A stretch of 64,000 nucleotides of DNA from an uncultured Candidatus Binatia bacterium (GCA_965213675.1 OZ243916.1:3264001-3328000), one strand, 5' to 3'; positions 30,946-42,132 are shown, counted from the first letter of the stretch. Notes: a model not told the origin generated them from the letters alone. Numbers and translations are program-made.

Positions 30946-33900
30946 ATGAAACACCGAAACCTCCAGCACTCCAGGATTGCTTTCCTGGTCTCCCTCGCTC
31001 TATTGCTCACGGCCTGCAGCGTGAACAAGCTGTCCATCGACGCTCCCAACGATGGACAGGAATTGGAGTTCCAGTTCCAGCCAGGGATCGAAGCCTTCCA
31101 CGAACTACCCCGCATCACCGGGGGACATCCTCCCTATGAATCGGAGCTCGTCGGCTGCCCTGACTGGGTGGATCAACCCGGCGCTGCCGAGGTCACTGTC
31201 TTGGCCCTCCAAGGCACGGCTCCTTACCAGGATCAGGGCAAGACCCTCTCTTGTACCTACATCGTCAGGGACTCCTACGATGACCCTCGCACCGAAGGGA
31301 ACGAACAGGACAGGCAGATTCGGGCCTTCGCGCTCCGTCTCGTGGTCGCGGAAATCGAGCCGCTGGCGCTGCGTTATCCGGTCGTGCCGCCTTTGTCGGT
31401 AGGAACCCACCGCAGGTCAATTCTCCCAGAGGCAACGGGCGGAATCCAGCCGTACGAGTATTCACTCGTGTGCCCCAGCGTAGCGGAGGAGCCACGTTTG
31501 CCGCCAGGAATGACGTTCTCCTCCGAAACCCGCGCCTTTGCAGGGACGCCGGAACGACCCTTCCACGATACGTGCGCGTACACGGTGGCGGATAGTGCCG
31601 TGGGGGAAGACAACCCAGCGAATACAGTTTCGTGGGCGATTGACATATGGGTGGATGGGGAAGATCTGGAGCTTGCGGCAATCGCATGGGTGCCGCTTCT
31701 AAGCGTTGGCGGGTATTTCAGCGGGACATTGCCGCAGGCGACAGGCGGAGTGGCGCCGTACGTATACTCATTTGTGTGTCCGACGGTAGAGGAGGCGCCG
31801 AACCTGCCGTCGGGGATGCGTTTTGCGCCGGAGACGCAGGTGTTCGCGGGGACGCCGGCGGGTCCGTTCCGGGATTCGTGCACGTACACGGTAACGGACA
31901 GTGCAGAGACACCGGCGACGGTGACGCAAGCGGTTGAGGTGGAGGTGGCGTCGGGCCCGCCGTTGGCGCTGTCCAGGCCGGCGAAGATCAGTCTGGAGGT
32001 CGGGACGTATTACGACGCGGCGCTGCTGGCGGCCACGGGCGGGGTTCAGCCGTACGTGTACGATCTTACGTGCGCGGGGGGTGACTTGCCGCAGGGGATG
32101 GCGTTTGCACAAGGGACGCGAGTGTTGGCGGGGACACCGGAGGCGCGTTTCCGGGATTCATGCACGTACGAGGTAACGGACAGCGCGGAGACACCGGCGA
32201 CGGTGGCGCAAGCGGTTGAAGTGGAAGTGACCGGGACGTCGGGCCCGCCGTTGGCGCTATCCAAGCCGGCGAAGATCAGTCTGGCAGTCGGGACGTTTTA
32301 CGACGTGGCGCTGCGGGCGGCCACGGGCGGGGTTCAGCCGTACGTGTACGATTTTACGTGCGCGGGGGGTGACTTGCCGCGGGGGATGGCGTTTGCTCCA
32401 GAGACGCGAGTGTTGGCGGGGACACCGGAGGCGCGTTTCCGGGATTCGTGCACGTACAAGGTAACGGACGGCGCGGAGACACCGGCGACGGTGGCGCAAG
32501 CGGTTGAAGTGGAGGTGACGGGCGGGCGAGACACAACGTTGATGCTAACCCAGCCGGCGAAGATCAATCTTGATGTCGAGACCTTTTTCAGCGAGGCGCT
32601 TCCGGCCGCTACAGGGGGCGTGCAGCCGTACACGTACAACTTCACGTGTGCGGGCGGGGCCTTGCCGTCGGGCATGGGCTTTGTGCCCTTGACGCGGATC
32701 TTGGCGGGCACACCGGACGCGCGTTTCCGGGATTCGTGCACCTATCAGGTGACGGACAGCTCAGACACTCCAGTAATGATCGCGCATGCGGTTGAAGTGG
32801 AAGTGACTGGCGCGGAAGTTGTAGCGCTGACGCTAACCCAGCCAGCGAAGATCGATCTTGATGTCGGGACCTACCATAGCGAGGCGCTTCCGGCCGCTAC
32901 AGGGGGGGTCCAGCCGTATACATACGGGTTCACGTGCGCGGGTGGGGCCTTGCCGCCAGGGATGGGATTTGCGCCCTTGACGCGGGTCTTGGCGGGCACA
33001 CCGGAGGGGCGTTTCCAGGATTCGTGCACTTACCAGGTAACCGACAGCGCGGATACGCCGCTGACCATCGCGCATGCGGTTGAAGTGACGGCGACGGGCG
33101 GGGCACTGACCACATTGGCCCTTCCCACGAGGGTAGTGAAGGGTACCTCGGACGATAGAATCGTTTTGCAACTTCACCGGCGCCAAAGGCATGAATTCGA
33201 ACCCGCATCTGGAGGGGTGCAGCCCTACACCTATGAGATTGTAGATTGCGCGCTCCCTGACGGTCTGGGGTTCAGCCCGAACACGCTCATTTTGTCCGGC
33301 ACCCCGCAGTCGCCATACAGGGGACCGGACTGCACCTATCGGGTAACCGACAGCGGTTCTCCCCCCGCAAGTGTATCGCGACGTTTCGAGCTCGTCGTCG
33401 ATCCTCTCGAACTGGGGACGTGGCGGTTCCGAACCAGGACGGTTGGAGCCAGCGCTCATCCCGTGGACTTTACCGAGACAAGTGAGCAGAACATCGCCAC
33501 CTTGCCGCATGCGATCGATGGGATGGGGACCGCCACGTACGAACTCATGAACATTCAGCCACCCTTGACATTCACGGACACCGGCGACAGGCCCCGTCAA
33601 CTGTCCTATATGAACTATACGAACCCCGCGGTCCCCCCACTCTTCAATACACCCACGACGTTCCGTTATGTGGTGTCCGTTGGTGATGAGGTTCACGACG
33701 CCCTGTGTGTCGATATCGCCTACGTGCCCCCGGACCCCCTCGACGCCAATGTCGTTATTGCGGTGAGCGTTAGCATTCGTGATGATGCCTACTACGAAGA
33801 CATGGAGTTTCGGTGTCCGGACGCCGCCCCGGGCGGGGGCGCCAATTCGCTGGCCGCGGTTTCCAACCCGGTTCACGAGGCCCTTGGGCCGGTTCATGCG

Positions 33901-35025
33901 CGGCGGGCGGTGGATGTGGCCCATGCCGCGGTGCGGGACCGGGTCCGCGGCTGGGCGCCGGGTTCTTCGGGCGGGCTGGCGGGATTCGCGCCCGCGGTGG
34001 ACGTGGGCTCGCTGTCGGGAGACTTCGGCGGCTTCGACTACAGCGGCTCCAGCACGTCGCTGAGCGCGGGCGCGGAGTTGGGAACGGGCGCATGGCAGGC
34101 GGGGGTGGTGGCGTCGTTCACGCGCACGGAGCTTCGCTACGATGCCGGGGTTGGTCTGGCCGAACGGGGCTACGAGAGCGGCGAACACGACACTGAAATC
34201 ATTTCCCTGCATCCATTCGTGGCGTGGCACGCACCGTCGGGCGGCCGTCTGTGGGCGTCGCTGGGCGGCGGGACGGGCGATCTGCGCCACCGCGACGACC
34301 TGGGCTTCCGGTCGTGGTCGAGTTCGGACGTGCGCCTGTTCTCGTACGCCCTGGGGGGTTCCGTTCCCTTGGCCGACGTGCTGTCCGGGAAGCTCCACGC
34401 GGAGGCCGGCATCGAGTCCTTTGCCCTGGACATCGAGGGCGGCGGTCAGATCTCCACCACGCTGCCCACGCTGCGTGGCCACGACTATCGCGCTGGCTTG
34501 GCATGGAGCGCGCCCGTGGCCGGTGGGCCCGCCGTTTCCGTGGCGTACACGCAGTTGACCGGAGACGGTCCGGAGGGCGGTCGGGTGGACACGCGGGGCT
34601 CGCTGTCGTTCGAGGGCGTCCTTGACCCGAGGCTTACCCTGACCGGAAGGGCCGAGGGTTCCTTCGCCGTGGGCGACGACAAGCACAATCGCTGGAGCCT
34701 GGGCGGCGGCGCGCGCTTCGCTCCGGGCAGTTCGGGTGACGGGTTCGGGCTGACTCTCGACACGCGGCTCGGGTCCGGCGCCGATGCAGGCGCGTCCGGT
34801 GTCGGCATGCGGGGCGAGGCGGGCTACGGCCTGTGGGCCGGGCCTCTCCTGGGTACGGTCCGGCCGTACGTCGGGGTGATCCGTTACCCGGGCGACCACT
34901 CCATCCGGCAAACCCTGGGTCTCGACCTTCGCGACACGCCGGACTTGCGGTTCAGGGTTGAAGCCCACGAGCATTCCCGCCGCCGATCACGCGGCCTCAC
35001 GCTCACCATTCGCCGGCGCTTCTGA
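30946..35025 (+). CDS. Lipoprotein-anchored, Ig-like (He_PIG-type) repeat adhesin with C-terminal autotransporter-like beta-barrel
   Basis: Lipobox LLLTAC; about 7 repeats of 96 aa (ATGGVQPY.Y..C...LP.GM.F...TR.LAGTP...DSC.Y.VTDS); Gly/aromatic beta-strand C-terminus ending in F. Confidence 0.75.
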   Translation: MKHRNLQHSRIAFLVSLALLLTACSVNKLSIDAPNDGQELEFQFQPGIEAFHELPRITGGHPPYESELVGCPDWVDQPGAAEVTVLALQGTAPYQDQGKTLSCTYIVRDSYDDPRTEGNEQDRQIRAFALRLVVAEIEPLALRYPVVPPLSVGTHRRSILPEATGGIQPYEYSLVCPSVAEEPRLPPGMTFSSETRAFAGTPERPFHDTCAYTVADSAVGEDNPANTVSWAIDIWVDGEDLELAAIAWVPLLSVGGYFSGTLPQATGGVAPYVYSFVCPTVEEAPNLPSGMRFAPETQVFAGTPAGPFRDSCTYTVTDSAETPATVTQAVEVEVASGPPLALSRPAKISLEVGTYYDAALLAATGGVQPYVYDLTCAGGDLPQGMAFAQGTRVLAGTPEARFRDSCTYEVTDSAETPATVAQAVEVEVTGTSGPPLALSKPAKISLAVGTFYDVALRAATGGVQPYVYDFTCAGGDLPRGMAFAPETRVLAGTPEARFRDSCTYKVTDGAETPATVAQAVEVEVTGGRDTTLMLTQPAKINLDVETFFSEALPAATGGVQPYTYNFTCAGGALPSGMGFVPLTRILAGTPDARFRDSCTYQVTDSSDTPVMIAHAVEVEVTGAEVVALTLTQPAKIDLDVGTYHSEALPAATGGVQPYTYGFTCAGGALPPGMGFAPLTRVLAGTPEGRFQDSCTYQVTDSADTPLTIAHAVEVTATGGALTTLALPTRVVKGTSDDRIVLQLHRRQRHEFEPASGGVQPYTYEIVDCALPDGLGFSPNTLILSGTPQSPYRGPDCTYRVTDSGSPPASVSRRFELVVDPLELGTWRFRTRTVGASAHPVDFTETSEQNIATLPHAIDGMGTATYELMNIQPPLTFTDTGDRPRQLSYMNYTNPAVPPLFNTPTTFRYVVSVGDEVHDALCVDIAYVPPDPLDANVVIAVSVSIRDDAYYEDMEFRCPDAAPGGGANSLAAVSNPVHEALGPVHARRAVDVAHAAVRDRVRGWAPGSSGGLAGFAPAVDVGSLSGDFGGFDYSGSSTSLSAGAELGTGAWQAGVVASFTRTELRYDAGVGLAERGYESGEHDTEIISLHPFVAWHAPSGGRLWASLGGGTGDLRHRDDLGFRSWSSSDVRLFSYALGGSVPLADVLSGKLHAEAGIESFALDIEGGGQISTTLPTLRGHDYRAGLAWSAPVAGGPAVSVAYTQLTGDGPEGGRVDTRGSLSFEGVLDPRLTLTGRAEGSFAVGDDKHNRWSLGGGARFAPGSSGDGFGLTLDTRLGSGADAGASGVGMRGEAGYGLWAGPLLGTVRPYVGVIRYPGDHSIRQTLGLDLRDTPDLRFRVEAHEHSRRRSRGLTLTIRRRF
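31951..33110 (+). repeat. Intragenic 288-bp tandem repeats
   Basis: TCGGGCCCGCCGTTGGCGCT at 31951 and 32239; GCTAACCCAGCC at 32544 and 32832 (period 288). Confidence 0.9.
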
Positions 35026-35227
35026 GAGGGGCGCCACGCCCCCGGACTCATTGGTCATTGGGTTCGACCATGGTTGACATTCAGCATCCGAAATCCCACA
35101 GACGCGTCCCGCCATGCGCCTGTCCATGCATTCAAACTTGGAGAACCCTGAAGGGGAAGTCGGGCACGGGGTAGCCAAACCGCCACAGGGGCTCCTGGAC
35201 AATCGTTCGAACATCCGAAGACCCTGG

Positions 35228-35386
35228 GAGCCTGTCGGGTTTATCAAGAATCTACTGCGAGGCAGGGAAATGGGTCCATTTCCGGTTGGATTTTCGTCCA
35301 ATATTACCAATATTCTCCTCAAATCCGCCCGAAACTGGCCTCCATTTCTCTGCCTCTCGCTACGATTCGATAATCCCGACAGGCTC
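35228..35386 (-). mobile_element. Family-2 hairpin MITE-like element (IS5-like GAGCCTGTC ends), 159 bp
   Basis: Terminal inverted repeats GAGCCTGTCGGGTTTATC / GATAATCCCGACAGGCTC, CTGG/CTAG flanks; near-identical inverted copy at 44437. Confidence 0.85.
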
Positions 35387-35435
35387 CTAGCGCTTTGAGT
35401 TCGTCGCTGCATGAGGTACACTTGAGCGTTGGTGA

Positions 35436-35512
35436 CGGGGCGTGGCGCAGCCAGGTAGCGCACCTGCCTTGGGAGCAGGGGGTCGGCCGTTCAAATCGGC
35501 TCGCCCCGACCA
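35436..35512 (+). tRNA. tRNA-Pro(TGG)
   Basis: Cloverleaf, anticodon arm CCTGC-CTTGGGA-GCAGG, CCA end. Confidence 0.95.
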
Positions 35513-35631
35513 CACCGGCAACCGGACAATGTTTGTGGTCGGATGTTGTGGTCGGATGTTTGTCGGTCGGACCACACTTGGCGCAAGCCGGTGCGTTGCC
35601 GGGCGAACGGGTCTTGAAGGCACGGTTCGAC

Positions 35632-35708
<77 letters not shown>

Positions 35709-35733
35709 GAAGTTTTGAGTACAGAGGTGTTCT

Positions 35734-35811
35734 GGTGAGTGTAGCTCAATTGGTTAGAGCACTGGACTGTGGCTCCAGGGGTTGAGGGTTCAAGTCCCTT
35801 CACTCACCCCA
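35734..35811 (+). tRNA. tRNA-His(GTG)
   Basis: Anticodon arm CTGGA-CTGTGGC-TCCAG, G-1 and C73, CCA end. Confidence 0.95.
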
Positions 35812-35820
35812 AACGCGTGT

Positions 35821-35893
<73 letters not shown>

Positions 35894-36090
35894 CTCCTTC
35901 CTCCCACAAGGCCTCCGGGCCTCCTGTTGGCGCGCGTGCGCCGGTGCGGGCGCGCGGTCCGATCTTGACTTACACGATCTTGACTTGCGGTTTGCGGGGT
36001 TGTTACACAGAACTGCCGGTTCGCCGGGGTTTCTTCGTGGATGTTGCGTGACGGATGGTGGACGCGCGATGCCGGATACGCATGCGCTGT

Positions 36091-36173
36091 GCGAGAGTGG
36101 CGGAACTGGTAGACGCACTAGACTTAGGATCTAGCGGGCAACCGTGGGGGTTCGAATCCCCCCTCTCGCACCA
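36091..36173 (+). tRNA. tRNA-Leu(TAG)
   Basis: Anticodon arm CTAGA-CTTAGGA-TCTAG, variable arm, CCA end. Confidence 0.95.
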
Positions 36174-36315
36174 CGGTGGCCCGTGAAGCGCGCGTCCGCG
36201 GGCGCCATGGCGAACCATGCGTCGGGCATGGAGCAGTGGCGGTTGAGCCCCGCGTCCTTGGGGCGCCAGGCAACTGTCAGGGATATGAAGCATGACCGAC
36301 GCCCGGACTACAGGC

Positions 36316-37608
36316 ATGAAGTGTGACATCGAGGTGGTGACGCCCACGCAGAGACGGCTGCGTGTGGAGGTGCCGGCGGATCGGGTGGCGAAGACGTTCG
36401 CTCGCATCTACCGGGAGTTCGGGCGCCGTGCGAAAGTGCGCGGATTCCGCGCGGGCAAGGTTCCGCAACAGGTCCTGCGCGGGCTGTACGGAGCCGACAT
36501 CCAGGCGCAGGCAATGTCCGAAATCGTCGAGGCGGCGCTGGGCGAGGCGGTGAAGGAACAGGGCCTCGATCCCGTGTCGGAGCCGCGGCTCGACGCCGGG
36601 GACCTGGCCGAGGCGCAGGCGTTTGCCTTCTCCGCGGTGATGGAGGTGAAGCCGGAAATCGAGTTGGGAAACTATCGCGGCCTTGCCCTCAGCCGGCCGC
36701 GCGTCGACGTGGACGACGAGCATGTGGATCGGATGCTGGAGGATTTTCGGGAGAAGTATGCCCAACTTGAGCCCGTGGAGGAACGGCAGGAGGTAGAGGA
36801 GGGGGACTACGTTTTCATCGACTTCGCCGGCACGGTGGATGGCGAGCCGTTTCCCGGCGGCTCGGCGGAAAACTACGCGGTGGACATCGGCGCGGGCAAG
36901 TTCCTGCCCGAATTCGAGCGCGGGATGATCGGCATGAAGAAGGGAGTGCCGGGAACCCTCGCGGTGGAACTGCCAGCGGATTCGTCCGAACCGCAGCCCG
37001 CGGGACGGAGGGCGGAGTTCTCGGTGACGGTGCGTGACATACGGCGCAAGGACCTGCCTCCGCTCGACGACGACTTCGCGCGGGATCACGGCGAATGCGA
37101 CTCTCTGGGGGAGTTGCGCGAGAAAGTGCGCTCGAGGTTGCGGGGCGAAGTGGAGCGGTTTCAGAACACGCGGTTGCAAGACCAGATCGTCGAGCAACTC
37201 CTGGAAGCGCACTCCGTGGATACCCCTCCTTCCATGGTGGAGCGGGAGCTGTCGTATCTGGTCCGGCAGGCGGCCACGGAACGCGAGTCGGCGGCGGATG
37301 AGCCCGCCCCCACTACGGACGAGCTTCGGGAGACCTGGACGCCCGAAGCCCAGCGCCGTGTCCAGGCCTCCCTGTTGATCGACGAGATCGCCGCCGCCGA
37401 GGGGATCTCGGTCTCCGCGGAGGAAGTCCAGCGGCGCATCGACGCCATGGCGCAGGCCAACGCCGGACAGGCGGCCGCGGTGCGTGAGCGTTACCGGCAG
37501 GACTGGGCGCGGGCGACACTCCGGTCCCAGATGATCACCGAGAAGACGCTGGACTTTCTGTTGGAGCAGGCCTCGGTGACAGTGGTGGAGCCGCCGGAAA
37601 CAACTTGA
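36316..37608 (+). CDS. tig: Trigger factor
   Basis: GFRAGKVP ribosome-binding motif, FKBP domain (IDFAGTVDGEPFPGG); upstream of clpP. Confidence 0.93.
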   Translation: MKCDIEVVTPTQRRLRVEVPADRVAKTFARIYREFGRRAKVRGFRAGKVPQQVLRGLYGADIQAQAMSEIVEAALGEAVKEQGLDPVSEPRLDAGDLAEAQAFAFSAVMEVKPEIELGNYRGLALSRPRVDVDDEHVDRMLEDFREKYAQLEPVEERQEVEEGDYVFIDFAGTVDGEPFPGGSAENYAVDIGAGKFLPEFERGMIGMKKGVPGTLAVELPADSSEPQPAGRRAEFSVTVRDIRRKDLPPLDDDFARDHGECDSLGELREKVRSRLRGEVERFQNTRLQDQIVEQLLEAHSVDTPPSMVERELSYLVRQAATERESAADEPAPTTDELRETWTPEAQRRVQASLLIDEIAAAEGISVSAEEVQRRIDAMAQANAGQAAAVRERYRQDWARATLRSQMITEKTLDFLLEQASVTVVEPPETT

Positions 37609-37642
37609 TGGCTGTCCCGAAAGGGGCTAGAGTTGATAAAGC

Positions 37643-38245
37643 ATGAATTTCATTCCTTTCGTCGTTGAGCAGACGGGTCGCGGGGAGCGCGCCTACGACA
37701 TCTATTCGCGTCTTCTGAAGGATCGCATCGTTTTCCTGGGCAGCCCCGTGGTGGACGAGGTGGCGAATCTGATCACGGCGCAGTTGCTTTTCCTCGAATC
37801 CGAGGACCCCGAGCGGGACATCTACTTCTACATCAATTCCCCGGGCGGCTCGGTGACCGCCGGCTTGGCCATCTACGATACCATTCAATATATCCGTCCC
37901 CAGGTTTCCACCGTGTGCCTGGGTCAGGCCGCCAGCATGGGGGCTGTGTTGCTCGCGGCGGGCGAAAAGGGCAAGCGCTACGCGTTGCCGCACTCGCGCA
38001 TCATGATCCACCAGCCCTTGGGCGGTTTTCAGGGAACCGCCGCCGACGTCGACATCCAGGCGCGGGAGATCCTGAGAATGCGGGAGGAACTGGGCGCGAT
38101 CCTGGTCAAGCATACGGGCCAGTCCTTGAAGAGGATCGAGCGGGACACCGACCGGGACCTGTTCATGACCGGTCAGAAGGCTTTGGAGTATGGATTGGTG
38201 GATGAGGTGATCACCAGCCGCCTTGACGTATCCGCAAAGGGGTGA
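37643..38245 (+). CDS. clpP: ATP-dependent Clp protease proteolytic subunit
   Basis: [24 protein letters not shown] and MIHQP. Confidence 0.97.
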   Translation: MNFIPFVVEQTGRGERAYDIYSRLLKDRIVFLGSPVVDEVANLITAQLLFLESEDPERDIYFYINSPGGSVTAGLAIYDTIQYIRPQVSTVCLGQAASMGAVLLAAGEKGKRYALPHSRIMIHQPLGGFQGTAADVDIQAREILRMREELGAILVKHTGQSLKRIERDTDRDLFMTGQKALEYGLVDEVITSRLDVSAKG

Positions 38246-38257
38246 GAGGGGATTTCA

Positions 38258-39511
38258 ATGCCAAAGCATGGTGATGATCGTTCCGGTAATCTGGTCTGTT
38301 CCTTCTGCGGCAAGAGTCAGGACGAGGTGCGCAAGCTGATCGCGGGCCCCACCGTTTACATCTGTGACGAGTGCATCGACTTGTGCAACGACATCATCGC
38401 GGAGGAGTGTGAGCACGACGAGGTGATCGCGGCCGCATCCGGGGTGCCGAAGCCGGTGGAGATCAAACGCGTGCTGGACCAGTACGTCGTGGGGCAGGAG
38501 CCGGCCAAGAAGATCCTCTCCGTGGCGGTGCACAACCACTACAAACGGATCGACAACCATGCGCTTGCCGGGGACGTGGAGTTGCAGAAGAGCAACATCC
38601 TCCTGCTGGGTCCCACGGGCTCCGGCAAGACGCTGCTGGCCCAGACCCTCGCCCGGCTCCTGCAGGTGCCCTTCACCATCGCGGACGCCACCAGCCTGAC
38701 CGAGGCCGGTTACGTGGGCGAAGACGTCGAGAACATCATTCTCAACCTGCTGCAGTCCGCGGAGTACGACGTGGAGAAGGCGCAGCGGGGCATCGTCTAC
38801 ATAGACGAGATCGACAAGATCTCGCGCAAGGCGGAGAACCCATCGATCACCCGGGACGTATCGGGTGAAGGCGTGCAGCAGGCATTGCTGAAGATCATCG
38901 AGGGCACGACGGCGAGCGTTCCCCCCAAGGGCGGGAGGAAACACCCGCAGCAAGAGTTTCTCCAGGTGGATACGACCAATATCCTTTTCATTTGCGGCGG
39001 TGCGTTCGTCGGCATCGAGGACATCATCCGAAGGCGCACCGGGAGCCGGCGGCTGGGTTTCGGCGGCAACGGGACGGACGTGAATGTACGGCCCGACGTG
39101 CGCTCCCTGCACGACGTGCAACCCGAGGACCTGCTCAAGTTCGGTCTGATCCCGGAGTTCGTCGGGCGGCTGCCGGTGATTGCCACGTTGGACGAACTCA
39201 ACGAAGAAGCGCTGGTGCAGATCCTGAGGGAGCCGAAGAACGCCCTGACCAGGCAGTACTGCAAGTTGTTCGAAATGGAGGGAGTCCATCTCAACTTTAC
39301 AGACGAGGCGCTTTGGGCTATTGCACGGGAGGCCATGAAGCGGAAGTCTGGAGCGCGTGGGCTGAGAGCCATCATGGAGAACACCATGCTGGACGTGATG
39401 TACGAGATGCCTTCCCAGCCCAACCTCAAGGAGGTGGTCATCACCGAGGAGGTCATGACCTCCCAGGAACCTCCGATGTTGGTTTACTCGAAGGCGGCGG
39501 AGAGCGCTTAA
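38258..39511 (+). CDS. clpX: Clp protease ATPase subunit ClpX
   Basis: CSFCGK zinc finger, [18 protein letters not shown] and LGF loop. Confidence 0.97.
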   Translation: MPKHGDDRSGNLVCSFCGKSQDEVRKLIAGPTVYICDECIDLCNDIIAEECEHDEVIAAASGVPKPVEIKRVLDQYVVGQEPAKKILSVAVHNHYKRIDNHALAGDVELQKSNILLLGPTGSGKTLLAQTLARLLQVPFTIADATSLTEAGYVGEDVENIILNLLQSAEYDVEKAQRGIVYIDEIDKISRKAENPSITRDVSGEGVQQALLKIIEGTTASVPPKGGRKHPQQEFLQVDTTNILFICGGAFVGIEDIIRRRTGSRRLGFGGNGTDVNVRPDVRSLHDVQPEDLLKFGLIPEFVGRLPVIATLDELNEEALVQILREPKNALTRQYCKLFEMEGVHLNFTDEALWAIAREAMKRKSGARGLRAIMENTMLDVMYEMPSQPNLKEVVITEEVMTSQEPPMLVYSKAAESA

Positions 39512-39523
39512 GGGGGCGTACCG

Positions 39524-41989
39524 ATGCTATTTCGCAGCGACAAGAAAGACGACAACGAGCAGGGAACGGACAACACGGTGCAGGCTCCGTTGCTGCCCCT
39601 CCGGGACATCATCGTCTTTCCCCACATGGTGGTGCCTCTTTTCGTGGGGCGGCAGAAGTCCATCCGCGCGTTGGAAGAGGCGTCGCGGAAGCAGACGCCG
39701 ATCTTCCTGGCATCGCAAAAGGACGCCAGGACCAACGAGCCGGGCGAGGACGACATCTATCTCATCGGCACGCTGGGCAATGTCGTGCAGATGCTGAAGT
39801 TGCCCGACGGCACCGTCAAGGTTCTGGTGGAGGGCAAGCGCCGGGGCAGGATTGCGCGCTATCTGACCCATCCCGAGTACTTCCTGGTGGAGGTGGACGA
39901 GCTCGATGATGGGGCGGAACCGGGCGCCGAGGTGGGCGCCGTGGTGCGCGAGGTCCACAGCGCGTTCGAGAACTATGTCAAGGTGAAGAAGAAGATTCCG
40001 CCCGAGATGGTGGTGTCGGTGTCCGCCATCGAGGAGCCCGGAAAGCTCGCGGACACGATCATCGGACACCTTGGGATCAAGCTGGAGGAGCGGCAGGTCC
40101 TGCTGGAGACGGTCAACGCCGGCGAACGCCTGGAGAAGGTGCTGGGCCACATGCGGGCGGAAATCGAGATTCTGGAGGTGGAGCGGAGGATCCGGTCCCG
40201 CGTCAAGAAGCAGATGGAGCGCTCCCAGAAAGAGTATTACCTGAACGAGCAGATGCGGGCGATCCAGAAGGAGCTGGGCGAGAAGGACGAGTTCAAGAAC
40301 GAAATGCAGGAGATCGAGGAGAAGATCAAGCAGAAGAAACTCTCCACCGAGGCCAAGGAGAAGGTGGAGAAGGAGCTCAAGAAGCTCAAGATGATGTCTC
40401 CCATGTCCGCCGAGGCGACCGTGGTGCGGAACTACATCGACTGGATCCTCAGCTTGCCGTGGAACGAGCACACAGAGGACAAGCTGGATATCAAGGACGC
40501 CGAACAGGTCCTCGAAGAGGACCATTATGGACTGGACAAGGTAAAGGAGAGGATTCTCGAGTACTTGGCGGTGCAGAGCCTCGTGGGCAAGATCAAGGGC
40601 CCCATCCTCTGCCTCGTGGGACCTCCGGGCGTCGGCAAGACCTCCCTCGGGCGTTCCATCGCCCGGGCCACCGGAAGGAAATTCATCCGTGTGTCGCTGG
40701 GCGGCGTGCGTGACGAGGCCGAGATACGCGGGCACCGGCGCACGTATATCGGCGCGTTGCCGGGCAAGATCATTCAGTCGCTCAAGAAGGCCGGTTCGAG
40801 CAATCCGGTTTTCCTCATGGACGAGGTAGACAAGATGTCCATGGACTTCCGCGGGGATCCCTCCTCGGCGCTGTTGGAGGTCCTGGATCCCGAGCAGAAC
40901 CAGGCCTTCAACGATCATTACCTCGACCTCGACTACGACTTGTCCAAGGTCATGTTCATCACCACGGCGAATACCCTGGATGGGATTCCACGCCCGTTGC
41001 AGGACAGGATGGAGATCATCCGCATCGCTGGCTACACCGAGTTGGAGAAGCTCAACATCGCCAAGAAGTACCTGGTGGTGAAACAGCGCGATGCCAATGG
41101 GCTGACGGAGGAGAACATCGTTCTCGCCGACAGCGCGCTTCTGGGGGTGGTGCGCCACTATACGAAGGAAGCCGGTGTGCGCAACCTCGAGCGGGAAGTC
41201 GCCTCCATTTGCCGAAAGGTCGCGGTGGACGTGGTGAAGAATGACCGCGCGTCCAGGACGACGGTGGGAGGGCGGAATCTCCAGAAGTACCTGGGACCGG
41301 CAAAGTTCCGGTACGGCATGGCCGAGAACAGCCACAGGATCGGCGCCACCACCGGCTTGGCCTGGACGGAACTGGGCGGTGAGTTGCTCTCCACCGAGGT
41401 GTCCATCATGCCGGGCAAGGGCCAGCTCACCATCACCGGGAAGCTGGGGGACGTCATGCAGGAGTCCGCGCAGGCGGCCATGAGCTACGTGCGTTCACGG
41501 GCGCGGGATCTGGGGTTGGAGAAGGACTTCTACCAAAAGAACGACATCCACATCCACGTGCCCGAAGGGGCGATCCCCAAGGATGGACCGTCCGCGGGAA
41601 TCACCATGGCGACCTCGCTGGTTTCCGCCCTCACCCGGATTGCCGTCTACCACGACGTGGCGATGACCGGCGAGATCACCCTGCGGGGCAACGTGCTCCC
41701 CATCGGTGGTCTGAAGGAGAAGGTGCTGGCGGCCCATCGCGGCGGGATCAAGACGGTGCTGATCCCCGAGGAGAACAAGAAGGACATCAACGAAATTCCT
41801 TCGACCGTCCTGAAGGGCGTGGAACTGGTCCTTGTGTCGCACATGGACGACGTCCTCAGGCGGGCCCTGGTGGTGAGCGACCCGGATGCGCTTTTCGTGG
41901 CGGCCGCACTGGAGGATGATGCGAGCGAAGCTCCGGCCGCGGGATTTCAGAAGAAGGACGTGGAACCGAGGCCCAGCCTGCCGCAGTGA
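39524..41989 (+). CDS. lon: Lon protease
   Basis: [17 protein letters not shown] and IGGLKEK. Confidence 0.97.
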   Translation: MLFRSDKKDDNEQGTDNTVQAPLLPLRDIIVFPHMVVPLFVGRQKSIRALEEASRKQTPIFLASQKDARTNEPGEDDIYLIGTLGNVVQMLKLPDGTVKVLVEGKRRGRIARYLTHPEYFLVEVDELDDGAEPGAEVGAVVREVHSAFENYVKVKKKIPPEMVVSVSAIEEPGKLADTIIGHLGIKLEERQVLLETVNAGERLEKVLGHMRAEIEILEVERRIRSRVKKQMERSQKEYYLNEQMRAIQKELGEKDEFKNEMQEIEEKIKQKKLSTEAKEKVEKELKKLKMMSPMSAEATVVRNYIDWILSLPWNEHTEDKLDIKDAEQVLEEDHYGLDKVKERILEYLAVQSLVGKIKGPILCLVGPPGVGKTSLGRSIARATGRKFIRVSLGGVRDEAEIRGHRRTYIGALPGKIIQSLKKAGSSNPVFLMDEVDKMSMDFRGDPSSALLEVLDPEQNQAFNDHYLDLDYDLSKVMFITTANTLDGIPRPLQDRMEIIRIAGYTELEKLNIAKKYLVVKQRDANGLTEENIVLADSALLGVVRHYTKEAGVRNLEREVASICRKVAVDVVKNDRASRTTVGGRNLQKYLGPAKFRYGMAENSHRIGATTGLAWTELGGELLSTEVSIMPGKGQLTITGKLGDVMQESAQAAMSYVRSRARDLGLEKDFYQKNDIHIHVPEGAIPKDGPSAGITMATSLVSALTRIAVYHDVAMTGEITLRGNVLPIGGLKEKVLAAHRGGIKTVLIPEENKKDINEIPSTVLKGVELVLVSHMDDVLRRALVVSDPDALFVAAALEDDASEAPAAGFQKKDVEPRPSLPQ

Positions 41990-42059
41990 CCGGAGGAACC
42001 CGGACCAGCGCCCGGCCGGACGGAACCGAGCCGGCGGAACCCTTGCGGCGTGGGCCTGA

Positions 42060-42132
42060 GGGCGGTTAGCTCAGTTGGGAGAGCATCGGCCTTACAAGCC
42101 GGGGGTCACAGGTTCAAGTCCTGTACCGCCCA
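42060..42132 (+). tRNA. tRNA-Val(TAC)
   Basis: Anticodon loop CT-TAC-AA; CCA not encoded. Confidence 0.95.

Noticed and set aside
31951-33110. Regular repeats considered as a CRISPR array or DGR template
   Set aside because: They are in-frame 288-bp coding repeats with no spacers, no cas or reverse transcriptase gene, and no adenine-specific variation pattern evident.
35040-35225. Candidate 6S RNA or gene remnant (minus-strand peptide VQEPLWRFGYPVPDFPFRVLQV)
   Set aside because: No recognisable 6S central bubble or protein motif by eye; needs an Rfam or BLAST search.
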